From the NCBI GenBank assembly GCA_041662665.1, contig JBAZSC010000001.1, positions 513,511 to 577,510 of the forward strand: a DNA stretch of 64,000 bases. The letters run 5' to 3'. The notes under the pieces are model-generated. The model saw only the letters and a list, made by a program, of their open reading frames with translations. It made no database searches and was not told the DNA's origin. Positions 16,753 through 25,242 of the stretch are shown in pieces. Position 1 is the stretch's first letter, and the number at the start of each line of letters is the position of its first letter. The position numbers and the translations under genes were made by a program. This stretch comes from Patescibacteria group bacterium (GTDB taxonomy: Bacteria > Patescibacteriota > JABMPQ01 > JAQVVF01).

Positions 16753-17221
16753 TTTAGTTAAATGTACGTCATTGTACGGAAAAAAGTGTTTAATTGATAA
16801 GAAAAAAATAAGGAATAGGGTCTCTGTTTATGCTGTCATAATTGATAATGGAAAAATATTATTAACAAATTCAAGAAACACGAATAAGCTCTTTTTACCT
16901 GGCGGAGAAGTTGAGAATGATGAAACAATAGATCAGGCATTAAAAAGAGAGCTCAGAGAAGAAACAGGAATTAAAATAAAAATAAAACATTTTTTAAATT
17001 TTAAAGAAGTGTTTTTTTATTATGATCCATGGGATGAGGGATACCACAATTTTTCTTTTTTCTATCTTTGCAAACCGATCACCAAAAAGCTAACAGAAAA
17101 ATATCAAGTTGAATTTGATGAATCAGAAAAACCAGTCTGGAAAAAATTGTCAGAACTAAAAAAGAAAGATTTTCAATTTCCAACCTACGACATTATTAAA
17201 AAATTCTTGATTGTAAAATAA
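16724..17221 (+). CDS. Nudix hydrolase
   Basis: Nudix box GGEVENDETIDQALKRELREETGI. The true start may lie a few codons downstream of 16724. Confidence 0.7.
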   Translation: MKQEKKLKSSLVKCTSLYGKKCLIDKKKIRNRVSVYAVIIDNGKILLTNSRNTNKLFLPGGEVENDETIDQALKRELREETGIKIKIKHFLNFKEVFFYYDPWDEGYHNFSFFYLCKPITKKLTEKYQVEFDESEKPVWKKLSELKKKDFQFPTYDIIKKFLIVK

Positions 17222-17224
17222 TTT

Positions 17225-17812
17225 ATGATTAAAGAAAAAGACTTTAAAATTACAATGAATCAGATTTGGATATTAGCAAAGCCTTATTTAGAAATGGGGA
17301 CAATGAAAAATTTTATTATCCATTCAAAAGGAGTTTTGTTAGCTATGACAATGTTGTTGAAAAAAGAAAAAGGTGACAAAGAAATTTTATTGCCTGCAGC
17401 TATTTTACATGATGTTGGTTTCTCTAAAGTTTCAAAAGAATTGCAAAAAAGTAATGATAAGGCTGTAAAGACAAAAGTGTTAAGACAGCATTTAGAATTT
17501 GCGCCAGAAATTATAAAGGAAATTTTAAATAAAGTCGGTTATAATAAAAATGATATTGATGAAGTTATTCAAATTGTTATAGCTCATAAATTTCAAGATC
17601 CAAAAGAATTAGATAAACAATTATTAATTGACGCAGATACATTATCCGATGTTTTTAAAGAACAATTTTATTCTGATGCAAAAGCCTACAATAAAACTCC
17701 TCAGGAATTTTATAACGTTAGAAAAGATAACAAATTTTATACAAAAACAGCAAAAAACATTTTTTATCAAGAATTAAAAAATAGAAAAGAAGAAATTTTT
17801 ATAAAAAAATAA
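17225..17812 (+). CDS. HD-domain phosphohydrolase
   Basis: H...HD motif (AAILHDVGF) and a downstream H...D. Confidence 0.55.
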   Translation: MIKEKDFKITMNQIWILAKPYLEMGTMKNFIIHSKGVLLAMTMLLKKEKGDKEILLPAAILHDVGFSKVSKELQKSNDKAVKTKVLRQHLEFAPEIIKEILNKVGYNKNDIDEVIQIVIAHKFQDPKELDKQLLIDADTLSDVFKEQFYSDAKAYNKTPQEFYNVRKDNKFYTKTAKNIFYQELKNRKEEIFIKK

Positions 17813-17817
17813 TTCAC

Positions 17818-17846
17818 GTAGCGACAGGGCACTGCCCTGTCGCTAC
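17818..17846. promoter_or_regulatory. Second copy of the 29-bp perfect palindrome (central base C), 9 nt upstream of the epimerase start
   Basis: GTAGCGACAGGGCA-C-TGCCCTGTCGCTAC; the reverse complement of the copy at 10068-10096. Confidence 0.6.
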
Positions 17847-17855
17847 CAAAACATT

Positions 17856-18785
17856 ATGAAAATATTAGTCACAGGCGGTGCAGGCTTCATTGGCTCGCAC
17901 ATTGTCGATAAATTAATAGCAGAAAATAATGAAGTTGTTGTTATTGATAATTTATCAACTGGCAAAAAAGAAAATTTAAACAACAAAGCAAAATTTTATC
18001 AAGCTGATATCAAAAATTTTGAAGATGTAGAAAAAGTATTTGAGCAAGAAAAACCAGAATATATTTGTCACCAAGCAGCTCATGCCTCAGTTTCAGAATC
18101 AGTCAAAGATCCAATTTATGATGCTGAAAATAATATTTTAGGATCAATAAATATTATAAAATTAGCAATCAAATATAATATTAAAAAAATAGTTTTCGCT
18201 TCAACAGGTGGCGCAATGTATGGCGATGCTGAAATTATTCCAACGCCTGAAAAATCAGAAACAAAGCCGGTTTCTCCATATGCTGTTACAAAGCTTGCAG
18301 TTGAAAAATATTTATATTGCTTCAATTTTTTAAATAAGTTAAACTATACTATTCTACGCTATGCAAATGTTTATGGCCCAAAACAAGATCCATTTGGTGA
18401 GGCTGGAGTAGTTGCAATTTTTAGCCAAAAAATAGTTAATAATGAACAGCCAATAATCAACGGCGATGGCAAATACACTAGAGATTATGTTTATGTTACA
18501 GACATCGCAAATGCAAATTTATTGGCATTGAAAAGTGAAAAATCGCAAAATATTTACAATGTAGGAACTGGAATAGAGACAGATGTTAATACAATTTTCC
18601 AGAATTTATCTAAAATTTCTGGAAAAAATATTCCTGAAAAACATGGTGAAGCAAGAAAGGGTGATCATAGAAAAGGTGCAATCGATTCAACAAAAATTAA
18701 GCAAGAATTAAATTGGCAACCAACAGTTAAATTAGAAGATGGTTTGAAAGAAACATATAAATGGTTTTCGAACTTAAAATCCTAA
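17856..18785 (+). CDS. NAD-dependent sugar-nucleotide epimerase (UDP-glucose 4-epimerase-like)
   Basis: [20 protein letters not shown]...; YAVTKLAVEKY (YxxxK). Confidence 0.7.
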   Translation: MKILVTGGAGFIGSHIVDKLIAENNEVVVIDNLSTGKKENLNNKAKFYQADIKNFEDVEKVFEQEKPEYICHQAAHASVSESVKDPIYDAENNILGSINIIKLAIKYNIKKIVFASTGGAMYGDAEIIPTPEKSETKPVSPYAVTKLAVEKYLYCFNFLNKLNYTILRYANVYGPKQDPFGEAGVVAIFSQKIVNNEQPIINGDGKYTRDYVYVTDIANANLLALKSEKSQNIYNVGTGIETDVNTIFQNLSKISGKNIPEKHGEARKGDHRKGAIDSTKIKQELNWQPTVKLEDGLKETYKWFSNLKS

Positions 18786-18917
18786 GCACTAAATCCTAAA
18801 TACTAAACAAATCCAAATTACTAAAACTCAAATTTTCAAAGGTCGCAACATTGTTTTATATTTTGTAAATTAGAATTTTGAATTTGTTTTGAGTTTAGTA
18901 TTTAGGATTTAGTGCTT
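18784..18917. repeat. About 134-bp imperfect palindrome with perfect 25-bp terminal arms (AAGCACTAAATCCTAAATACTAAAC / GTTTAGTATTTAGGATTTAGTGCTT)
   Basis: Between the epimerase stop and metK; candidate terminator or structured element. Confidence 0.55.
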
Positions 18918-18955
18918 TCTAATCTAAATTAATTTTAACAAGTCAAAAATAAAAC

Positions 18956-20104
18956 ATGAATAAGTACATCTTTACATCAGAGTCAGTAACAGAGGGACAT
19001 CCTGACAAAGTAGCAGATCAAATTTCAGACTCAATTCTGGATGAATTATTAAAACAAGATCCAGATTCAAGAGTCGGCTGTGAAACACTAGTCACAACTG
19101 GATTAGTTGTTGTTGCAGGCGAAATTACAACCAAGGCATATGTTGATATTGCAAAGATAGCAAGAAAAACAGTTAAAGAAATCGGTTACAACAAGCATGA
19201 ATATGGTTTTCATCATGAAGATTGTGGTGTTGTCGTAAGTATAGATGAACAAAGTCCAGACATTGCCATGGGTGTTGATAAAACTAAAAAGAAAAAACAA
19301 GGAGCAGGCGATCAAGGCTTGATGTTTGGTTATGCGACAAATGAAACAGAAGAATTAATGCCATTGCCAATTATTTTGGCTCACAAGCTTTGCCAAAAAT
19401 TAGCAGAAGTAAGAAAAAATGGGACTTTAAATTATTTAAGACCAGATGGAAAATCAGAAGTTGCTGTAGAATATGAAGACAATAAACCAAAAAGAGTTAA
19501 TACAATTGTTATTGCAGCTCAACATGATGAAGATATAAAATTAAGCCAAATAAAAAAAGATATTATTGAAAAAGTTATTAAACCAGTTTGCGGTAATTGG
19601 TTAACTAGAAAAACAAAATTCTTTGTTAATGCTACTGGTAAATTTGTTAAGGGCGGACCTCCAGCTGATTGCGGTTTAACTGGCCGAAAAATAATTGTTG
19701 ATACTTATGGTGGTCATGGAAGTCATGGTGGAGGCTGTTTTTCAGGTAAAGATCCATCAAAAGTTGATCGTTCAGGTAGCTACATGGCAAGATATATTGC
19801 CAAAAATATTGTTGCATCTGGAATAGCAGAAAGATGTGAAATTCAAATCGCTTATGTCATTGGTGTTGCTGAGCCAATTAGTATTTTAGTTAATACTCAC
19901 AACACTTCAAAAATCAGCAATGAACAGATTGAAAAAATAATTCGACAAGTTTTCGATCTAACTCCAGAAGGAATTATTGAAACATTGAAATTGAAACGTC
20001 CAATCTACAAAAAAACAGCAGCTTATGGACATTTTGGTCGCAAAGACAAAGATTTCACTTGGGAAAAAACGGATAAGGTAAAAGAAATCAAGAAATTAAT
20101 TTAA
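18956..20104 (+). CDS. metK: S-adenosylmethionine synthetase (bacterial MetK type)
   Basis: ...[15 protein letters not shown]..., GGGAFSGKDP-type region ([19 protein letters not shown]); 382 aa. Confidence 0.95.
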   Translation: MNKYIFTSESVTEGHPDKVADQISDSILDELLKQDPDSRVGCETLVTTGLVVVAGEITTKAYVDIAKIARKTVKEIGYNKHEYGFHHEDCGVVVSIDEQSPDIAMGVDKTKKKKQGAGDQGLMFGYATNETEELMPLPIILAHKLCQKLAEVRKNGTLNYLRPDGKSEVAVEYEDNKPKRVNTIVIAAQHDEDIKLSQIKKDIIEKVIKPVCGNWLTRKTKFFVNATGKFVKGGPPADCGLTGRKIIVDTYGGHGSHGGGCFSGKDPSKVDRSGSYMARYIAKNIVASGIAERCEIQIAYVIGVAEPISILVNTHNTSKISNEQIEKIIRQVFDLTPEGIIETLKLKRPIYKKTAAYGHFGRKDKDFTWEKTDKVKEIKKLI

Positions 20105-20201
20105 TACAAATCTACGAATTTTATGCTAATCTACGAAAATACGAATGCGCCGATTCGCATATTTGTAGATTAGCATATATTCGTAAATTCGTATCACACT
20201 T
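20104..20201 (+). promoter_or_regulatory. Conserved promoter/operator element, copy 3 (GCTAATCTAC-N...-GTAGATTAGC inverted repeat; TTCGCA, 16-nt spacer, TATATT; ...ATTCGTATCACACTT-ATG)
   Basis: Longest copy. Contains a GCGCCG insertion and a duplicated ATTCGTA segment relative to copy 2. Confidence 0.55.
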
Positions 20202-21518
20202 ATGAAAATCGCAGTTGTCGGCACTGGTTACGTTGGCTTAGTCACTGGTGCATGTTTGGCAAAAGTAGGTCACACAATTACTTGTGTAGATATAGATAAA
20301 AATAAAATTGCCAGATTAAAAAAAGGCATTATTCCAATCTATGAGCCAGGCTTGGACAAAGTTGTCAAAGAAGTAATAAAAAAGAACAAGCTTAGTTTTG
20401 ATATTTCATTAAAAAATGTTTTAAGCGAAGTGCAAGCTGTATTTATTGCAGTCGGCACTCCAGCCAGAAAAGATGGCAAAGCTGATCTAAAATATGTTTT
20501 TGACGTTGCAAAAGAAGTAGGTGAAACCTTGGCCGCCGAAGCCAGCAGGCGAAGGCGGCAGGATTATAAAGTCATTATTAATAAAAGCACAGTACCAGTT
20601 GGAACAGCAAAAGAAGTCACAAATATTATTGCAAAATATTATAAAGGCGAATTTGCTGTTGTCTCAAATCCAGAATTTTTGAAAGAAGGCTATGCAGTTG
20701 ATGATTTTATGAAGCCAGACCGAATTGTCGTTGGCACTTCTTCCAAAAAAGCTAAGAAAATAATGCAAGAAATTTATAAACCTGTAAAAGGTAAAAAAGT
20801 TTTTACGGAAGTGCAAAGTTCAGAGATGATTAAGTATGCATCAAATGCTTTTCTAACAACCAAAATTTCTTTTATCAATGAAATAGCAAATCTTTGCGAA
20901 TTAGTCGGTGCTGATGTAAAAGAAGTTTCCTTTGGAATGGGATTAGACAAAAGAATTGGCAAGAGTTTTTTGAACGCTGGAATTGGTTATGGTGGTTCCT
21001 GTTTTCCAAAGGACACTACAGCCTTAAATCAAATTGCTGGTACAAAAGGTTATGATTTTAAATTGCTAAAGGCAGTTATTGAAGTTAATTCAAAGCAAAG
21101 AAAATACGTCATTGATAAATTAGAACAAGTTTTCGGCAATTTAAAAAATAAAAGAATCGCAGTTTTGGGCTTAGCTTTCAAAAATAATACCGATGATGTT
21201 AGAGAATCAGCTTCGATAGATATTATCAGAATGTTGACCGGAGTTGGCGCAAGAGTAAAAGCCTATGATCCAAAAGCAAATGATAACGCAAAAGAAATTT
21301 TAAATTCTGGAGTTAAAATTACTAATGATCCATACGAAGCAATAAAAAATTCAGACGCATTAGTAATTGCAACAGAATGGCCAGAATTTGCTAATTTAGA
21401 TTTTGATAAAATCAAAACATTATTAAAAAAGCCAATCATAATTGATGGCCGAAATTTGTTAAATTCTGTTATAATAAAAAAACTCGGCTTTCAGTATTAT
21501 GGAATTGGCCGAGCTTAA
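20202..21518 (+). CDS. ugd: UDP-glucose 6-dehydrogenase
   Basis: MKIAVVGTGYVGLVTGACLA...; catalytic GGSCFPKD; 438 aa. Confidence 0.9.
   Translation: MKIAVVGTGYVGLVTGACLAKVGHTITCVDIDKNKIARLKKGIIPIYEPGLDKVVKEVIKKNKLSFDISLKNVLSEVQAVFIAVGTPARKDGKADLKYVFDVAKEVGETLAAEASRRRRQDYKVIINKSTVPVGTAKEVTNIIAKYYKGEFAVVSNPEFLKEGYAVDDFMKPDRIVVGTSSKKAKKIMQEIYKPVKGKKVFTEVQSSEMIKYASNAFLTTKISFINEIANLCELVGADVKEVSFGMGLDKRIGKSFLNAGIGYGGSCFPKDTTALNQIAGTKGYDFKLLKAVIEVNSKQRKYVIDKLEQVFGNLKNKRIAVLGLAFKNNTDDVRESASIDIIRMLTGVGARVKAYDPKANDNAKEILNSGVKITNDPYEAIKNSDALVIATEWPEFANLDFDKIKTLLKKPIIIDGRNLLNSVIIKKLGFQYYGIGRA
20527..20562. repeat. GC-rich REP-like element inserted in frame within ugd (encodes LAAEASRRRRQD)
   Basis: GGCCGCCGAAGCC-AGCA-GGCGAAGGCGGC matches the intergenic motif at 2453-2479. 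A GC-rich patch in an otherwise AT-rich CDS; reading frame preserved. Confidence 0.6.
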
Positions 21519-21554
21519 AATCAAAAATATAAAAACTTAAAAATATTTTTCTAC

Positions 21555-21633
21555 CCTGGCCATGTTTATCCGCCGATTTATCTGCCGTAGTTTTTAACGA
21601 AGGCAGAAGTAACGACGGAGGCGGACCAGGGGT
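21555..21633. terminator. Compound GC-rich hairpin (REP-like copy C) followed by a T-run; bidirectional terminator candidate
   Basis: Outer stem CCCTGG/CCAGGG, inner TCTGCC/GGCAGA, with CCGCCG...GGAGGCGG motifs, then TTTTTATTTT. Confidence 0.5.
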
Positions 21634-21635
21634 TT

Positions 21636-22058
21636 TTATTTTAAATCATTTTGACTATTATCTAACAACAAATAAGATATTAGCCATATTAAAACACCAG
21701 AAAGTATTGAAATTATAATACTTAAAACAATTCCCAAAGACATAATTTTTACAAAAATTAAAATTGCAGCAATTAATCCTAAGAAAAAAGCAAGTATCGA
21801 AAATTTCCAAGAATTTTTTTCTTGATTTTCTGTAACTAATTTATCATCATTGTCTTTAATAAGAATTAACAATATTCCAGAGATAATAACAATTGCAAGT
21901 ATATAATTCAAATTGATAAAATTACTAACAAAATTATCAAATATCTGATCAATCAAAAAGAAAAATAAATAGCCAATCAAAAAAATTCCAAATATTTGTT
22001 GAAAAATAATATTTAATATATCTTTATAATTTTTTTGCCCAGACAAATTTTTTTCCAT
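21636..22058 (-). CDS. Small integral membrane protein (about 4 TM)
   Basis: Hydrophobic segments only; no recognisable family. Confidence 0.45.
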   Translation of the reverse strand: MEKNLSGQKNYKDILNIIFQQIFGIFLIGYLFFFLIDQIFDNFVSNFINLNYILAIVIISGILLILIKDNDDKLVTENQEKNSWKFSILAFFLGLIAAILIFVKIMSLGIVLSIIISILSGVLIWLISYLLLDNSQNDLK

Positions 22059-22095
22059 AATAAACTAAGTAAAACAATTAAATTTTGTAAGTAGT

Positions 22096-22135
22096 GTCCG
22101 CATATTCCGCGTAAGTTCCGCGTATTTCCGCGCAA
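22096..22135. repeat. Four tandem 10-bp direct repeats (..TTCCGCGTA..) in the promoter region of the minus-strand gene 21636..22058
   Basis: GTCCGCATAT TCCGCGTAAG TTCCGCGTAT TTCCGCGCAA; helical-turn periodicity. Confidence 0.6.
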
Positions 22136-22198
22136 AAAATTAATTTAACAAACATATCTTATTATCAGTTTAAAATAAAACATACAAAAAATGTATTT

Positions 22199-23830
22199 TT
22201 ATCGGCTATATTTTAGATCAATTCTATTTATTTTGACATCTCCAGCATCATTACGGTTGTATTGAGGAAATATCAATAATAAATTAAAATTATTTTTTTC
22301 ATCTAAATATAAATTATTAACATCAAAATCAGCACTTGCATTTGTAGTACCATTTTTTTCCTCAGGCTTTTCAAAATAATCAGAAATAATATAATTGCAA
22401 CTCTCTTTATTGAATTTTGCAAAATCAGAAAAATTAATCAAATTATTTACATTTAATGCTTGTAAAGATTCCATATTAGTAGCAATCAAATTATTAAAAT
22501 CAATGTTCAAGTCAGCCTTTGGCATAAATATTTTTGAATATATATTGCGATTAAAAATATATGGCTTATCAATTTTTATGATATCTAGTTCTTTCTTTTG
22601 AAATTCTGGACCAAATTCAGTAACCATTCCTTTTTCTTTAGTGATTGTAACAGTTTGCAAAGCAGAATCGCGAAGAGCTGTAAAAGACATATTTCCGCTA
22701 TTTGAATATAAATCAACGCTTTTTTCTGGATCTAAAAGTTTAATATTGTTGACAAAAGCCCAATATTTTTGTTTTGTTATTAAAGAATCAAATACAATAT
22801 CATCACTAGCATCAAGATAAATATTATAAAAACCTTCTTTTAAATTTGGTATCGTAACACTTAAATTTTTGATAGCTGAAGCAACTTCATCGCCTTTTTC
22901 ATTTCCATCATCAGATATATTTTTTTCTAAGATCTTTTCATCTCCTCTAAAAATAAAAATATTAAAATCACTTTTTTCTTGTAAAGTATTCAAGTCTTGA
23001 TAATCAAAATTAAAATCTAAATCTTCATTTGCTAAATATGTTTTGATTATCGTAAATCCATTTAATTGATAATCAAAACTATTAGTGGAAGATGCAGGAG
23101 AATAATCAGGCACTTTAGCAAGATCATTAAGTCCATCTATATTAAAAGTGCAGATTTTCTCTTTTTGTATTAGATTTGGAATATCATTCATAAAACTGCC
23201 AACATCTTCATAATCATAATTTACCCAATTTTTTTTAGGATTTTTTTCTTTCAAATATTCACTATCTTTGTCATACATCAATGCGCAATTTTCATATTCA
23301 GCAACTGGATCAATATCACTTTCTGATTGAAGTTCCTTAACTTTTTTTTCGCAAATATCATCGCCTTTCTGGTATAAAATTTTGCTTTGATTTTTATCAG
23401 CTATTCTATACCAATCCAAATTATCAAAAAGCTTATTCTCTAAAATTTTCGTTGCATTTTTGTATGTTGGTTTATATTTAAATGGACTCTTTAAAGCAAT
23501 TGATGCCATGACAAAATTTGTATTTTGATTTTCGTATTTTACTTTTACATTCAAGTTATTAAAAGTCTTAAAAACTTTAATTTTTAATTGTGCTAAAAAT
23601 CCAGTAACTCTGCGGTAAGTCTGGCCAGTTTTTAAATTTTTTTCAGCATTATCCAATCCAATAGTTTCAGTTACATAAGCAGGTAACTTACTCGAATTAA
23701 AAACTATTGCTAACTTTGTAGATCCAAATGGCCCAAAATAAGAAAACAGAGCATAAATCAAAATAATAGCAATTACTACAATTGAAAAAATTCGCGCTAT
23801 TTTTGCGTAAGTTTTTGTATTTAGTTTCAT
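22199..23830 (-). CDS. N-terminally anchored extracytoplasmic protein (543 aa), hypothetical
   Basis: Single N-terminal TM then a large Asn/Asp/Lys-rich domain resembling the C-terminal domains of the giant membrane proteins at 54-63 kb. Confidence 0.5.
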   Translation of the reverse strand: MKLNTKTYAKIARIFSIVVIAIILIYALFSYFGPFGSTKLAIVFNSSKLPAYVTETIGLDNAEKNLKTGQTYRRVTGFLAQLKIKVFKTFNNLNVKVKYENQNTNFVMASIALKSPFKYKPTYKNATKILENKLFDNLDWYRIADKNQSKILYQKGDDICEKKVKELQSESDIDPVAEYENCALMYDKDSEYLKEKNPKKNWVNYDYEDVGSFMNDIPNLIQKEKICTFNIDGLNDLAKVPDYSPASSTNSFDYQLNGFTIIKTYLANEDLDFNFDYQDLNTLQEKSDFNIFIFRGDEKILEKNISDDGNEKGDEVASAIKNLSVTIPNLKEGFYNIYLDASDDIVFDSLITKQKYWAFVNNIKLLDPEKSVDLYSNSGNMSFTALRDSALQTVTITKEKGMVTEFGPEFQKKELDIIKIDKPYIFNRNIYSKIFMPKADLNIDFNNLIATNMESLQALNVNNLINFSDFAKFNKESCNYIISDYFEKPEEKNGTTNASADFDVNNLYLDEKNNFNLLLIFPQYNRNDAGDVKINRIDLKYSR

Positions 23831-23978
23831 ATATTAAAAGTATACCATATATTTTACATCAATAATATAAAATTGAAAACTTGACAAGTGGATAATCTTT
23901 TGTTACGCTATTTTGAAGCAAATCTGTGCCGAAGTACCGAAAAACAACCCGTTTCCGAGAGAAGAGGAGGAGAAAAAG

Positions 23979-25004
23979 ATGAGAATCCTGAACTTTCTAG
24001 TATTTTGTGGAGTTGCTTGTTTTTCATCGACTGCTTATACTCAAGAAGAATCCGAAAGCAAGTCGGATATTGCTATTGTTTTGATGTCTGAAGAAACTCA
24101 TGATCAGAGAATGGTAGATGATGCTGTTGAAATGATTATTGCCAAATTTTCAAATGAAAAGATCCAGTCTTCTGGCAAAGAAATGTTTGGCAGTGATTCT
24201 GATGAACAGATCAAAACTTGTCTGAAAGACAATTCTTGTGTACAAAAAAAAGCTGTGGAAAAACATGTTTCCCGAGTATTTTATGGAACTTTGGCTAGTG
24301 ACAGAAGAGTTGAAAATGTTGTAGTTATCACTCCTGGCAAGAGATACAATAAGATCAAGGATGTTGTTCCAGTAGAGAAGAAAACTCTGACTATTAGACT
24401 GACTATGTTTGATGCAGTCAACAACAAGGTTGAAATGTCATGGGTGAGCAAAAAGATTGAACCAAGCAAACTCGCTTCTGAAGTTCTGACTGACATTGCT
24501 TCCGAAGCTGTTCGTATCTACAAGGCAAGTCCACTGACCTGGCCAGAAACAAAAAAGCCAAATACTGAAGTCAAGGTTGAAATTGTAAATGTCGATCCTG
24601 TTTCAGAACCAGCCAAGCCAGTTGTCGAAGAAGTGCAGGAAAAGCCAATCGTTCTGCTGGATCCTGAAGTGAGCAATTTGGATTGGCATTTCTGGACGAG
24701 CGTTGGCGGTGCAAGTGTCGGTGTAATCTTGATTTCTGCAGGCAGTTACTACGGTCTCAAGTCAAGCAATGCTAGCGACAATTATGATGCAACCAACATT
24801 CAGACCCAGGCAGAAAGCTTTAAAGATGAAGCAGAATCTGCTGGATCAACTGCTAACATTATGTTTGCTTCTGGTGGAGTTCTGATTGCAGGCAGTGCAG
24901 CTCTTTATGTTCTTGATCAATTCGGTATTCTCGATGCCAATGAATCACCTCAGGCAGTTTTCGTGCCAAAAGACGGCATGTTCTGTTTGAACCTTTCGTT
25001 CTAA
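23979..25004 (+). CDS. Secreted/membrane-anchored hypothetical protein
   Basis: Strong SD (GAGGAGGAG), signal peptide MRILNFLVFCGVACFSS, C-terminal hydrophobic segments. The ATG at 23979 is preferred over the ORF-track start at 23913. Confidence 0.55.
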   Translation: MRILNFLVFCGVACFSSTAYTQEESESKSDIAIVLMSEETHDQRMVDDAVEMIIAKFSNEKIQSSGKEMFGSDSDEQIKTCLKDNSCVQKKAVEKHVSRVFYGTLASDRRVENVVVITPGKRYNKIKDVVPVEKKTLTIRLTMFDAVNNKVEMSWVSKKIEPSKLASEVLTDIASEAVRIYKASPLTWPETKKPNTEVKVEIVNVDPVSEPAKPVVEEVQEKPIVLLDPEVSNLDWHFWTSVGGASVGVILISAGSYYGLKSSNASDNYDATNIQTQAESFKDEAESAGSTANIMFASGGVLIAGSAALYVLDQFGILDANESPQAVFVPKDGMFCLNLSF

Positions 25005-25030
25005 ACGCTATTTTTGGCGTTTTTTTATTG
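25003..25030 (+). terminator. Intrinsic terminator
   Basis: AAACGC-N8-GCGTTT hairpin followed by a T-run. Confidence 0.45.
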
Positions 25031-25242
25031 CCTGAAATCCTATATTTTACGTTCAGCTTAAATATTATATTTGAAAATAATAATGCTTCTAGGCTCAAAA
25101 ATTGACAAAATTATACAAAATATCCATAATAAGCCATTTTCTCTTGCCAAAATTTTATGATTATGCTATTATAATATGAACAGAAAACCAGGAAAGGTCG
25201 GTTACAGGACCGAACCTTCACATCAAGAGAGGAGGAAGAGAG

